Part shown: positions 1-8,867 of the stretch, piece after piece
How positions within the stretch are numbered: position 1 is the stretch's first letter
Layout: every line of letters starts with the position of its first letter
Assembly: GCA_035652975.1 (NCBI GenBank)
Contig: DASRCT010000041.1
Coordinates: 24,379-88,378 of the forward strand
Direction: 5' to 3'
DNA length: 64,000 nucleotides
Origin: Bryobacteraceae bacterium
GTDB lineage: Bacteria > Acidobacteriota > Terriglobia > Bryobacterales > Bryobacteraceae
Translations under genes and position numbers: made by a program
The notes under the pieces: model-generated
Databases searched by the model: none
What the model saw: the letters and a program-made list of their open reading frames with translations, nothing else
What the model was told of the DNA's origin: nothing

Positions 1-135
1 TGCGACGGCCACATCCATCACGCTATTAATGTTGTTCTTGGGGTCGATGACGTGGCCTCCCTTGAGCAGGAGGTCATAGCGCGGCTGCGCGGCGAGCGCC
101 GCGGCCAGAAGCGAAAGGGCAAGGCAGATTTTCAC
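1..135 (-). CDS. Amidohydrolase-family protein, N-terminal 45 codons only (the gene continues beyond the window edge)
   Basis: Reverse complement of 1-135 reads VKICLALSLLAAALAAQPRYDLLLKGGHVIDPKNNINSVMDVAVA. This is a signal peptide followed by the DLLxKGGxVIDP...DVxV beta-strand typical of metal-dependent amidohydrolases. The GTG start overlaps the upstream stop as TAGTG. Confidence 0.4.
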   Translation of the reverse strand, partial: MKICLALSLLAAALAAQPRYDLLLKGGHVIDPKNNINSVMDVAVA

Positions 136-3100
136 TACCATACGAGCTTTGCGCCCAATTGAATATCACGGTTCTCAATAGATGTGGCGGTAATGGTTCC
201 AAACGAGGACGTGCCGAACGTTGCGTTCGGGTTGGCGAACTGCGGCGAGTTCAGGACGTTGAACGCCTCAAACCGGAACTGGAATCGCACGCGTTCCCGA
301 ATTGGGAAATTCTTAAACAGCGACAGATCCGTATCGAACAGATGCGGGCCGTGCATCAAATTGCGTCCCGCGTTGCCGTAGGTATACAGCGCCGGCATGG
401 CGAATGCCGTCGGATCGATGCAATTCGTGAGATGTCCGTCTCCGCAGTTGTTGCTCGGCGCGTGCACAAGATCCGGACGGTAGGTACCGCGGGCGCTGGT
501 GTTGGCCGTGTCGGTCGAAACGGATACATTAAACGGACGCCCGCTTTGAAGCGTCGTGATGCCATTGATCTGCCAATTGGCAAATACGCCGCGGAGCACC
601 GGGTTCGCGCCCTTAAAGAATGGAATATCGTACACGTAGCTGGCTACGAAGCGGTGGCGGATATCCCAGTTGGAGTTTCCATAATCGGCGCGCCAGTTAT
701 ATGGGATCATCGGGGCGCCGCCGCCATTCGAGTCTGTGCTGACGTCAAGAGTATGGGACCAGGTGTAACTGGCCAGAAACTGGATCCCATGCGAAAAGCG
801 CTGACGAAGGACGAAGCTCAGACCTTGATAGTTGGCGATCTCGTCGTTGTTAATGGTGCGGATCTGCCCGAACAACTGGTTCGGACGGCGGCTGGCGATG
901 GAGCCGGGGCCAGGAAAGTAGGGCGTGTTGTTGTAGTAGCTGCGGTCGAGATGCAGCGAGTGCGAGCCTAAATACTGCGCCTCAAACGCCGAGCTGCGCC
1001 ACAGCTCGCGCTGCACGCCAAAGCTCCATTGGTGCATGTAGGCCGTGGGCAGATGCCAGTTGTCCGTGATCATGTCCGGTACGGCGGGCTGAGCATTCGG
1101 GGGAACCGCAGTCGGATTTGACAGCGAGAGCTGAGGCGTGGACGGCGAGGAGGTGAACGTGGTTGCAACGCTGAACGGCGGATTGCCGTTCAGGAACGTG
1201 AAGCTATTGGTCTGATTCGGGTTGTAATAGATGCCATAGCCGCCCCGCAGCACGGTTTTGTCTGTCGCGCGGAAGGCGAACCCAAACCGCGGCGCCCAAT
1301 TTTTGTGGTTGGGAAATATAAACTTGAAACCGGGCTGCGGCGGATTGGCGGGAACGATCGCGGTCTGCGTTGCGTTGAGCTCTGTGTGATACCCATTGAC
1401 GGAGTAGGGGACGGTGGGCAGCTCGTAACGAATGCCGTAATTGATAGTCAATCTGCGAGAGACCTGCCAGTTATCCAGTACGAAGAAGCCGTCGCGCCAT
1501 TCCGCCACCACGCCGCGCACCTGCGTCACAGGCGTTGTGAGACTGGCCGGAATCCCTAGCATGAAGTCGGCGGGCGCATAGCCCGTAAACTGGCCTGTGA
1601 AGTTGAAGACGCCGCGCGGGCTGTTGCCGGCGGCCCGGCCCGTGATCAGCTTGCGCAACTCCGCGCCGGCCATGATGTTGTGCGCGCCGCGATTCCAACT
1701 GATCTGCTCGGAACCTTGCCAGGTCTTGTCGTCCTGATACCAGTTGGTGCCGCCGTTGCCGAACCCGCTGAAACCGGTGATGTTGAAATCCGGAATGCCA
1801 GGATTGTTCGCCGTCACGTCCGAGTTGAATCCAGGTATGCCAAGCTGCGCCCCGGCGCCCTGAATGCCGGCCACCGCGAATCCGTTCAACGTCGAGGTAT
1901 TGAAGTACTGGCGGCCGAAGCGGAGATCATTGATCAGGCGGGGCGAAAGCGTGTGCGTGTACCCGATCGTGAAATTGTTGGTGTCTACAGGCGATGTGCT
2001 CGAGCTGGTGGGAACTACGGATCCCGCCAGAAGACTCTCCCACTGCTGCTGGTACCGGAAGTACAGGCGCACCTTGTCGCCGATGTTCTGATCGATGCGG
2101 TCCACGGTTTGATCGGTATTGTTGTTGTTGGCGAGCGACGCGGCATAGTTGCTGGTGACGCCAGGTCTGTTCGGCGTTGGATAATACTGCTGGAGTTTGA
2201 GAACGATCGGCGAAATGCGGTTGGACGGAATGATATTGCCCGGGAACGGCTGGCCCGTGTTCGGATCCTTCACCGCCGTGGTGGTCTGCGAAAAGTCACC
2301 CTGCCACATCTGAGGAGTCATGATCGTGGCCAGCGACGCGGTCTGGCGGATCTGCCGGAGGCCCTCGTATGATCCCATGAAGAAGGTTTTGTCGCGCCCG
2401 TTGAAGATTTTCGGAATGACCACAGGGCCGTCGAGCTCAAAACCGAACTGGTTTTGCCGCAGCGGCGCCTTATTCGCGGTAGGACTCAGGAAAAAGGGCC
2501 GCGCATCGAATTTGTCGTTTCGTACAAACTCAACTGCGCTCCCGTGCAGGGAGTTTGTTCCGCTCTTCGTAATCATGTTGATGTGGACGCCCATGTAAGC
2601 GCCGTACTGGGCTGAGTAGGTGCCGGTTTGCACCTCCACCTCTTGAATGGATTCCACCATGGGCCGCACGGGAGTCGTGGTGATCAGGTTGTTCATGATG
2701 CTGATGCCGTCGAGCGACATGCTGTTCTGAATCTCGCGAGTTCCGGCGCCAATGAAATCCTCGCCGGGCGGCACTCCGTTGGTCGCTTTCTGGCCGGGCA
2801 AGACGCCGGGCGTGGTGATGGCCAACTGCATCGGGTCGCGGCCGTTCAGAGGGAGCTCGGCCACAGCGCGGGTTGTAATGATCTCAGAAACCGTCGCGTC
2901 GTCGGTCTTCAGCACGGGCGCGGCAGCCTGAATTGTGACAGACTCCACGACATTGCCGACTTTCAACACCGCGTCATTGCGCACAACCTGATTGATATCA
3001 ACTTGAACGCCGGTTTTTCGAAATGTTTGAAAGCCCGGCTGCTGGATCGTGATGTCGTACGTGCCGACTCGGACGAACTGGATTGCGTAATACCCTTCCT

Positions 3101-3284
3101 CGTTGGTGGTTGTGTTGTAGGTATCTTGCGTTCCGGTGTTGATTGCGGTGACTCTCGCGCCTACCACGACTTTGCCGCTGGGATCGGTGACGGTTCCAAC
3201 CAGCGATGTATTGGTTGCAATTTGCGCATTGGAAGCGGCCGCCAAAAAGAATACAGCCGCTGCGGACAGATAGAGATTTCGCAT
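135..3284 (-). CDS. TonB-dependent outer-membrane receptor with a carboxypeptidase-regulatory-like N-terminal domain
   Basis: 1049-aa ORF. Signal peptide MRNLYLSAAAVFFLAAASNAQ, then a CarboxypepD_reg-like segment (GTVTDPSGKVVVGARVTAINTGTQ...EGYYAIQFVRVGTYDITI). A plug-like region follows (ELPLNGRDPMQL). The C-terminal beta-barrel ends in an aromatic residue (GAKLVW). Confidence 0.9.
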   Translation of the reverse strand: MRNLYLSAAAVFFLAAASNAQIATNTSLVGTVTDPSGKVVVGARVTAINTGTQDTYNTTTNEEGYYAIQFVRVGTYDITIQQPGFQTFRKTGVQVDINQVVRNDAVLKVGNVVESVTIQAAAPVLKTDDATVSEIITTRAVAELPLNGRDPMQLAITTPGVLPGQKATNGVPPGEDFIGAGTREIQNSMSLDGISIMNNLITTTPVRPMVESIQEVEVQTGTYSAQYGAYMGVHINMITKSGTNSLHGSAVEFVRNDKFDARPFFLSPTANKAPLRQNQFGFELDGPVVIPKIFNGRDKTFFMGSYEGLRQIRQTASLATIMTPQMWQGDFSQTTTAVKDPNTGQPFPGNIIPSNRISPIVLKLQQYYPTPNRPGVTSNYAASLANNNNTDQTVDRIDQNIGDKVRLYFRYQQQWESLLAGSVVPTSSSTSPVDTNNFTIGYTHTLSPRLINDLRFGRQYFNTSTLNGFAVAGIQGAGAQLGIPGFNSDVTANNPGIPDFNITGFSGFGNGGTNWYQDDKTWQGSEQISWNRGAHNIMAGAELRKLITGRAAGNSPRGVFNFTGQFTGYAPADFMLGIPASLTTPVTQVRGVVAEWRDGFFVLDNWQVSRRLTINYGIRYELPTVPYSVNGYHTELNATQTAIVPANPPQPGFKFIFPNHKNWAPRFGFAFRATDKTVLRGGYGIYYNPNQTNSFTFLNGNPPFSVATTFTSSPSTPQLSLSNPTAVPPNAQPAVPDMITDNWHLPTAYMHQWSFGVQRELWRSSAFEAQYLGSHSLHLDRSYYNNTPYFPGPGSIASRRPNQLFGQIRTINNDEIANYQGLSFVLRQRFSHGIQFLASYTWSHTLDVSTDSNGGGAPMIPYNWRADYGNSNWDIRHRFVASYVYDIPFFKGANPVLRGVFANWQINGITTLQSGRPFNVSVSTDTANTSARGTYRPDLVHAPSNNCGDGHLTNCIDPTAFAMPALYTYGNAGRNLMHGPHLFDTDLSLFKNFPIRERVRFQFRFEAFNVLNSPQFANPNATFGTSSFGTITATSIENRDIQLGAKLVW

Positions 3285-3410
3285 GTATCATCCCCCTTAA
3301 CCTGGCGCGGCGGTTAGCGTCGCCAGGCGATGCTGTCGAATGCGGAAATTATAACATCGCCGCAAGCATGCGGCGGCGAACGAGCGTCGGAGGCCGCTAG
3401 GATATAGATC

Positions 3411-4151
3411 ATGCGACGCGTTCGCTATTCCCTCAATCCCGCCATCGCGCCAACAACGCCAGATACCGCCGAAGTGCTCTACGCGGACGCCGACGGCCTT
3501 GACCTAAATGCAGTGCGGCTGCTGCCGCCATGCGCGCCGACCAAGATCATCTGCGTAGGGCGGAATTATCCCGAGCACGCGCGTGAGTTCGGCAACGAGG
3601 TTCCGCCCGAGCCCCTGATCTTCCTAAAGCCGCCCTCGTCGCTCATTGCGTCGGGTGACGAGATCATCTACCCCGCGCTGTCGCAGCGGGTGGATTTTGA
3701 GGGAGAACTGGGCGTCGTGATTGGCCGGCGCGCGCGCAGCGTTGGCACGGAGGAGGCGATGGAGTATGTACTGGGTTACACCTGCGTGAATGACGTGACC
3801 GCCCGCGATCTGCAGCGCAAGGATGGACAGTGGACCCGCGGCAAAGGATTCGACACCTTTTGTCCGGTTGGGCCTTGGATAGTCGGCCGCGACGATATCG
3901 CGCTGGAGAACGTTCGCGTGCGAACTTACCTGAACGGCGAGCTGAAGCAGGATGGGGCGGTGCGGGACATGCTGTTTTCCGTCAGTGCTATTATTAGTTT
4001 CGTCAGCGAGTTCATGACCCTGGAGCCCGGCGATCTCATTGCGACGGGAACGCCGCCTGGAGTCGGACCTATGCCGCCGGGGTCAAACGTCCATGTTGAA
4101 ATCGAGGGGATCGGGGCGCTGCGTAACACGGTCGTCAAGTCTCCCCGATGA
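3411..4151 (+). CDS. Fumarylacetoacetate hydrolase (FAH) family protein
   Basis: [17 protein letters not shown]...[11 protein letters not shown]...[12 protein letters not shown]...[14 protein letters not shown]...[13 protein letters not shown]...[13 protein letters not shown] are canonical FAH-family blocks. Confidence 0.85.
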   Translation: MRRVRYSLNPAIAPTTPDTAEVLYADADGLDLNAVRLLPPCAPTKIICVGRNYPEHAREFGNEVPPEPLIFLKPPSSLIASGDEIIYPALSQRVDFEGELGVVIGRRARSVGTEEAMEYVLGYTCVNDVTARDLQRKDGQWTRGKGFDTFCPVGPWIVGRDDIALENVRVRTYLNGELKQDGAVRDMLFSVSAIISFVSEFMTLEPGDLIATGTPPGVGPMPPGSNVHVEIEGIGALRNTVVKSPR

Positions 4152-4161
4152 GGAGCCGACA

Positions 4162-4824
4162 GTGAAGTTTTTTCTCGACACCGCCAATCTGGATGAGCTC
4201 CGGAAGGCTGCTGAACTGGGCCTGGCCGATGGAGTCACAACCAATCCTACTTTGATCGCGAAGGAAGGCAATCCGGTCGAGGATCAGATTCGCCGGATCT
4301 GTGAGATCGTCAACGGAGACGTGAGCGCCGAGGTTGTCGCTACCAAAACAGACGACATGCTCCGCGAGGCCCGGCAGCTCGCCAAGATTCATCCCAATGT
4401 CGTTGTAAAAGTGCCGCTCACCCGCGATGGCATTCGCGCCTGCTCCATCCTGAGTAAGGAAGGCATTCGCCTGAATGTGACCCTGTGCTTCTCGGCGGCG
4501 CAGGCGATGCTCGCGGCGAAGGCGGGCGCCTACATTGTGAGCCCGTTTGTCGGCCGCATTGACGATATCGGCTGGAACGGTTCACATCTCATCCAGGAAA
4601 TTGTTCAGATTTATCGCAATTACAACATTAAAACCCAGGTTCTGGCGGCTTCTTTGCGCTCCTCGATCCATGTGATTGAGGCCGCGAAAGCCGGAGCGCA
4701 GATCGGAACCATGCCGTTCAAGGTGCTGGACATGATGTTCAACCATCCCCTGACCGACAAGGGGCTTGATCAATTCCTGAAGGATTACGCGAAGGCGTTC
4801 CACGAACCCGCGTTGTCACGCTGA
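4162..4824 (+). CDS. tal: Transaldolase / fructose-6-phosphate aldolase (short type 3B)
   Basis: [36 protein letters not shown]...VKVPLT...[11 protein letters not shown]...[12 protein letters not shown]. The GTG at 4162 is preceded by AGGAG at 4151-4155. The 220-aa length fits this family. Confidence 0.85.
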   Translation: MKFFLDTANLDELRKAAELGLADGVTTNPTLIAKEGNPVEDQIRRICEIVNGDVSAEVVATKTDDMLREARQLAKIHPNVVVKVPLTRDGIRACSILSKEGIRLNVTLCFSAAQAMLAAKAGAYIVSPFVGRIDDIGWNGSHLIQEIVQIYRNYNIKTQVLAASLRSSIHVIEAAKAGAQIGTMPFKVLDMMFNHPLTDKGLDQFLKDYAKAFHEPALSR

Positions 4825-4828
4825 CCGG

Positions 4829-5212
4829 ATGACGGTTGAGGTGAAGATTGCAGCGCTCGCGGCGTTGGCTGGAGGGCTGCTCGCAGTAGGCGGGTGGATC
4901 GTCCTTTCGACCCGGCCGAGCCCACAGGAGCGCGAGAGGCAGCGGCGTTTTGCTCTCAACCAGCGCGGCCGCATTGCACACGGAGTGCTCACCGCCGGCG
5001 ATGAAAATGTCCTGCACTACCGGTACGAGGTCAACGGCGTGAGCTATAGCACGGCGCAGGACATCTCAATGTTGCGCGAATACCTGCCTACCGACCCTCA
5101 GCGGCTCATCGGCCCAGTCACGTTGAAGTACTCGCCAAAAAATCCCGCGAACTCTATCGTTGTGTGCGAAAGCTGGTCCGGGCTGCGGGTCCGGACGGTG
5201 CAGCGATTGTAG
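4829..5212 (+). CDS. Small membrane-anchored hypothetical protein (DUF3592-like)
   Basis: One N-terminal TM helix (IAALAALAGGLLAVGGWIVL) followed by a beta-rich segment (VLHYRYEVNGVSYST). It starts 5 nt after the tal stop. The function call is weak. Confidence 0.5.
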   Translation: MTVEVKIAALAALAGGLLAVGGWIVLSTRPSPQERERQRRFALNQRGRIAHGVLTAGDENVLHYRYEVNGVSYSTAQDISMLREYLPTDPQRLIGPVTLKYSPKNPANSIVVCESWSGLRVRTVQRL

Positions 5213-5220
5213 GAACAGCC

Positions 5221-5244
5221 GGGCCGGGCTGAGGCGCCCGGCCC
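5221..5244. terminator. GC-rich hairpin between convergent genes (possible bidirectional terminator)
   Basis: GGGCCGGG (5221-5228), an 8-nt loop, then CCCGGCCC (5237-5244). This perfect 8-bp stem lies between the stop at 5212 (+) and the stop at 5249 (-). There is no U-tract. Confidence 0.35.
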
Positions 5245-5248
5245 CTGC

Positions 5249-5770
5249 CTACTGAAGCTGCTCCGGATCTTGCGCCCGGCGTCCGCGAAACGCGGCTGGA
5301 CGCATTCCACGCCTCCCAACGAACCGGTCCATGGCTGTATTCATCTTGTCTTTCTGCTCAGGCGTCAGGATTCCATAGAACTTCTCAAACGCCTTGGTGC
5401 GGATCGCCGTCAGTTGCGAAACCAAATTGCCGATGTTCGCCGACAACTGGTCAATCTGCGCATCGGACGCATTTGCCTTTACGGCGTCGTCCAGCGCCTT
5501 ACGAGCCTCCCGAAGCTGCTGGGCCACGGGTTGAGCGCTCTGACGGGCCGCCTGGAAGATCTGCCTGGCCTGCGTTTGCTGATCGGCGCTCAGATTGAGA
5601 TAGGTTGAGAACCGCTGGACCATATTGCGCCGCATTTGCGCGCGGCGTTGGGCCCATTGGCCGCCCTGAGCCTGCCCCGGCGTTGCTGGCGCGGGCTGAG
5701 CAGTCTGGGCCAAGATGAGTCCTGCTCCAAGCGCCGCCGCGCCGATAATTCGAATGGAATTGCTCTTCAT
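5249..5770 (-). CDS. Periplasmic Spy/CpxP-family (LTxxQ-repeat) protein
   Basis: I chose the internal ATG at 5770 (MKSNSIRIIGAAALGAGLILAQ, a signal peptide) because GGAGGAAG lies upstream. LTxxQ-type motifs are present (LSADQQTQ, LTPEQKDKM) and the protein is helical and Q/A-rich. Confidence 0.7.
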   Translation of the reverse strand: MKSNSIRIIGAAALGAGLILAQTAQPAPATPGQAQGGQWAQRRAQMRRNMVQRFSTYLNLSADQQTQARQIFQAARQSAQPVAQQLREARKALDDAVKANASDAQIDQLSANIGNLVSQLTAIRTKAFEKFYGILTPEQKDKMNTAMDRFVGRRGMRPAAFRGRRAQDPEQLQ

Positions 5771-5836
5771 GAATTCACTTCCTCCACCATCGAAGACGAG
5801 AGGAATGCAGGGCGGACTGACGCGCGTTACGAACAT

Positions 5837-7123
5837 TTACCTGCGTCTGGTCTTGATGGCGATTGGCGTAGAATTGAACCCGAACGCCCGGCGCAGCCGG
5901 TTGATGAGAAAGCGCTCGGTGGAGAAGTGCATTTTCGCCGGCTTATCTGTAAACACGACGAAGGTGGGCGGCCGCACGGATGCTTGCGTCATATAGTAAA
6001 TCTTCAAGTTCTGGTCCCACTTTAGACCCTCAAGGAAGCGGTTCAACTCGCCGGTGCCGACGCGGCGCGAGGCGCTCTCATAGGCTTCGCGAATCAGCCG
6101 GAACAGGGAGAACACGCCTTTGCCGTCCTTTGCCGAAACAAACGTGACAGGGGCGTAGTCGAGAAATTTCAACTCGTCGCGGACCAGCTCGGTGAACTGT
6201 TTGCGCTCCTTCTCGGATTTGAGGTCCCATTTATTGACCACGATGATGATGGCCCGACCATCCTCGTGCGCATAACCGCCGATGGTTGCGTCCAATCCGA
6301 CGATGCCTTCGGCGGCATCCAGCACCAGCAGCACGACATTGGCCATGCGGATATGCCGGCGAGCCATCACAACGCTCAGCTTTTCCGCCATTTCTTTGGT
6401 CTTGCCCTTGCGGCGGATTCCCGCCGTATCGACGAATGTGAAATGCTCGCCTCCGATTTCGACGTCCTCATCGACAGCATCGCGCGTCGTCCCCGCTACA
6501 GGGGAGACGATGGCGCGCTCATAGCCGACCAACGCGTTGAGCAGGGTTGACTTGCCTACGTTCGGCCGGCCGATGATCGCCACTTTGATGCGCTTCGGCG
6601 GATCATCGGGTGCAGAGCCGGCGGCCGGAAAGTCGCGCGTCACGTGATCCAGCAATTCGCCGAGTCCGGTTTTGTGCTCAGCCGAGATCGAAAAGACATC
6701 GGGAAAGCCGAGTTCGTGAAACGCGTGAGCCTGCACCTCGCGCTGGGCCGAATCGATTTTATTCACGGCCAGGGCGACGGGCTTTCCAAGCCGGCGCAGC
6801 ATGGCGGCGAGCTCGCGATCCGCACCCGTAATTTCGGACCTTCCATCGATCAGAAATATGATCTGATCGGCGTTTTCCAGCGCTACGCGCGCCTGCCGCA
6901 AAATTTGGGACGGAATCATCTCCTCGTCGTTGGGGATGATGCCCCCGGTATCAATGACCTCGAAGCGGCGGCCGCGATGCTCGGCTTCGCCATGTATCCG
7001 GTCGCGCGTGATGCCCGGCTCGTCGCCGACGATAGACCGGCGCTGTCCCGTAATGGCGTTGAATAACGTCGATTTACCGACATTCGGGCGGCCGACAATG
7101 ACCACCACGGGCTGATCCGCCAT
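5837..7123 (-). CDS. der: Ribosome-associated GTPase Der (EngA), two tandem GTPase domains
   Basis: Two G1 motifs (GRPNVGKSTLFN and GRPNVGKSTLLN), two DTAG/DTGG motifs, NKxD motifs (NKID, NKWD) and a KH-like C-terminus. Confidence 0.95.
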   Translation of the reverse strand: MADQPVVVIVGRPNVGKSTLFNAITGQRRSIVGDEPGITRDRIHGEAEHRGRRFEVIDTGGIIPNDEEMIPSQILRQARVALENADQIIFLIDGRSEITGADRELAAMLRRLGKPVALAVNKIDSAQREVQAHAFHELGFPDVFSISAEHKTGLGELLDHVTRDFPAAGSAPDDPPKRIKVAIIGRPNVGKSTLLNALVGYERAIVSPVAGTTRDAVDEDVEIGGEHFTFVDTAGIRRKGKTKEMAEKLSVVMARRHIRMANVVLLVLDAAEGIVGLDATIGGYAHEDGRAIIIVVNKWDLKSEKERKQFTELVRDELKFLDYAPVTFVSAKDGKGVFSLFRLIREAYESASRRVGTGELNRFLEGLKWDQNLKIYYMTQASVRPPTFVVFTDKPAKMHFSTERFLINRLRRAFGFNSTPIAIKTRRR

Positions 7124-7165
7124 AATTCTACGCTAGCAAGCCTGAACCGAACCGCTGCGTGTGGC

Positions 7166-7945
7166 TCACTTGTACTCGATGCTGGAGTCGGTCGTGAAGC
7201 GCTTGTAGTTCTCGTAGCGGATCGTCAGCCGGATCCTCTGCGGGCCGGTGCGGAACGGCAGAATGTCGTCTCCCGCCGTGTACGCCGGAAACCAGTACTT
7301 CCCGTCAATCTTCCTGCGCACGGTGGTGAAATGCGGGAACAGATTTTCGCTTTTCGTAGTCACAATCTGCGGGACCGCCTGGCCTTGGAGCCGAACGATG
7401 GAGTCATCGCGCTGGTCGATCCAGATCAGGCCGTCAAAGAGCCGCTGCCCTTCGAGAATCTGACGGGGTCGGATGCGAAACACCCAGCAGGAGACGCCTT
7501 CAGCATCCTCCTCGCCGCCGTACTTCGATTCGTAGAGAAAGAGAGTCTCAGTGGTCATCAGCGCCGGCTGGACCTCGCGAATATCGCGAAAATCCTCGTC
7601 CGTAAGTTTCAGCCACCGCAAATTGCTGAGCGGCTTCCCCACCAGCCGCTCAGTCCGCTCGCCGGACGGGAAAAAAATCACTTCCCGAACTTCACGATAC
7701 TCGCCCCCAGGACTGTCGCGCGAGCTAAAGTCCTGAACTATCACCGTCTGCCGGTACATGTACTGGTTGCGCGCCGCTTCGTTTTCGCTCTCCTTCTTCG
7801 CCGCACGGTAAATCAAATCCGGCGGCGGGTCGCGTGCGAGCAAGGGCGCTCTTGATTCGAATGCTAATATGAACGCGAGGATGGACAGCGATGCGCGGGC
7901 GTACCGCAACACTCTGTTGATCTCATGCGGATTGGCGCTGGCCAT
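7166..7945 (-). CDS. Hypothetical secreted protein, LolA-like / outer-membrane lipoprotein-sorting fold (tentative)
   Basis: The ORF is open to 8125, but a signal-like segment (RASLSILAFILAF) only follows the ATG at 7945 (alternative GTG at 7912). The body is beta-rich (YRQTVIVQDF...WVFRIRP...LIWIDQRDDSIVRLQG...KYWFP). The start is uncertain because it overlaps the divergent ORF at 7869. Confidence 0.5.
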   Translation of the reverse strand: MASANPHEINRVLRYARASLSILAFILAFESRAPLLARDPPPDLIYRAAKKESENEAARNQYMYRQTVIVQDFSSRDSPGGEYREVREVIFFPSGERTERLVGKPLSNLRWLKLTDEDFRDIREVQPALMTTETLFLYESKYGGEEDAEGVSCWVFRIRPRQILEGQRLFDGLIWIDQRDDSIVRLQGQAVPQIVTTKSENLFPHFTTVRRKIDGKYWFPAYTAGDDILPFRTGPQRIRLTIRYENYKRFTTDSSIEYK

Positions 7946-8867
7946 CGCGATTCCGTATTCCCTGGCGCAGCATATCCCGCGCTCCATCATGACGCCATTT
8001 CTGGCGGCCGCCCTGGTGGAAATTGCATTGTACCTGGCGCCGGGATTCGCGGCGACTCGCGCAGCCTTTGAGCGCATCGATCCGCCGTCAGCGCGTGCGC
8101 TTCTTTTGACCATCACAGCCGTCATTCCCTACTTGATCTATGCATTCGGCACGCATACGTTTCACTTGAGACGCCTGGGACTGCTGGCGCTTCTGGCCAG
8201 CGTCGCCGCGGGATGGTTTGTTCTGCAAAAGGCCCGATTTATTGTCGACATTCTGTTCCTGTTCTTCATGGCGGCCGTCTACATGACCCGGGTGTTTGGC
8301 TCTATCTACATCCCGCTTGCGCCACGCGCGCCGGCGGAGATTCTTGGGCACCTGATGTGGATCCGCATGGGCGTCTTCTGCATACTGTCGCTGCGGAAAA
8401 TGGGCGGCATCGGGTTCGGATTCCTGCCAACCCGCAAGGACTGGCTGATCGGGCTTCAACAATACACCTTGTTTTTGCCAGTAGGAATTATCGCAGCGAT
8501 GCTGCTGCATTTTGCTCGGCCCAGCGTTATCATCGGCGTCTGGTGGAAAGAGGCGCTGACCGCCGTTGTGACCTTCTTTGGCGTCTTGTGGGTGGTCGCG
8601 CTGGGCGAAGAGTTTCTGTTCCGCGGCGTCCTGCAACAGGCCCTGGCCCGGCGTCTGGGCAGCCAAATTGCCTCTTTGCTCTTCGCTTCGGCGTTGTTCG
8701 GGCTGGTACACTTGCCATTTCGCCACTTTCCGAACTGGAAATTCGCCGGGCTCGCAGCCCTTGCCGGATTGTTTTATGGCATGGCGTATCAGCGGGCCGG
8801 GAGTATTCGAGCTTCCATGGTCACACACGCGCTGGTGGTTACAACATGGAGAGTCCTATTTGCCTGA
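7869..8867 (+). CDS. CPBP-family intramembrane glutamic endopeptidase (CAAX protease / Abi family)
   Basis: Polytopic membrane protein with the signature EEFLFRGVLQ...FASALFGLVHL...SMVTHAL. The start is ambiguous (7869, 7881 or 7989). Confidence 0.8.
   Translation: MNARMDSDARAYRNTLLISCGLALAIAIPYSLAQHIPRSIMTPFLAAALVEIALYLAPGFAATRAAFERIDPPSARALLLTITAVIPYLIYAFGTHTFHLRRLGLLALLASVAAGWFVLQKARFIVDILFLFFMAAVYMTRVFGSIYIPLAPRAPAEILGHLMWIRMGVFCILSLRKMGGIGFGFLPTRKDWLIGLQQYTLFLPVGIIAAMLLHFARPSVIIGVWWKEALTAVVTFFGVLWVVALGEEFLFRGVLQQALARRLGSQIASLLFASALFGLVHLPFRHFPNWKFAGLAALAGLFYGMAYQRAGSIRASMVTHALVVTTWRVLFA

Noticed and set aside
159-3317. Plus-strand ORFs of 229-270 aa (159-971, 1680-2372, 2628-3317) lying inside the TonB-receptor gene
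   Set aside because: They lie antisense to a gene with clear family motifs. Their translations are Arg/Gly/Ala-rich with no motifs, which is typical of shadow ORFs in high-GC DNA.
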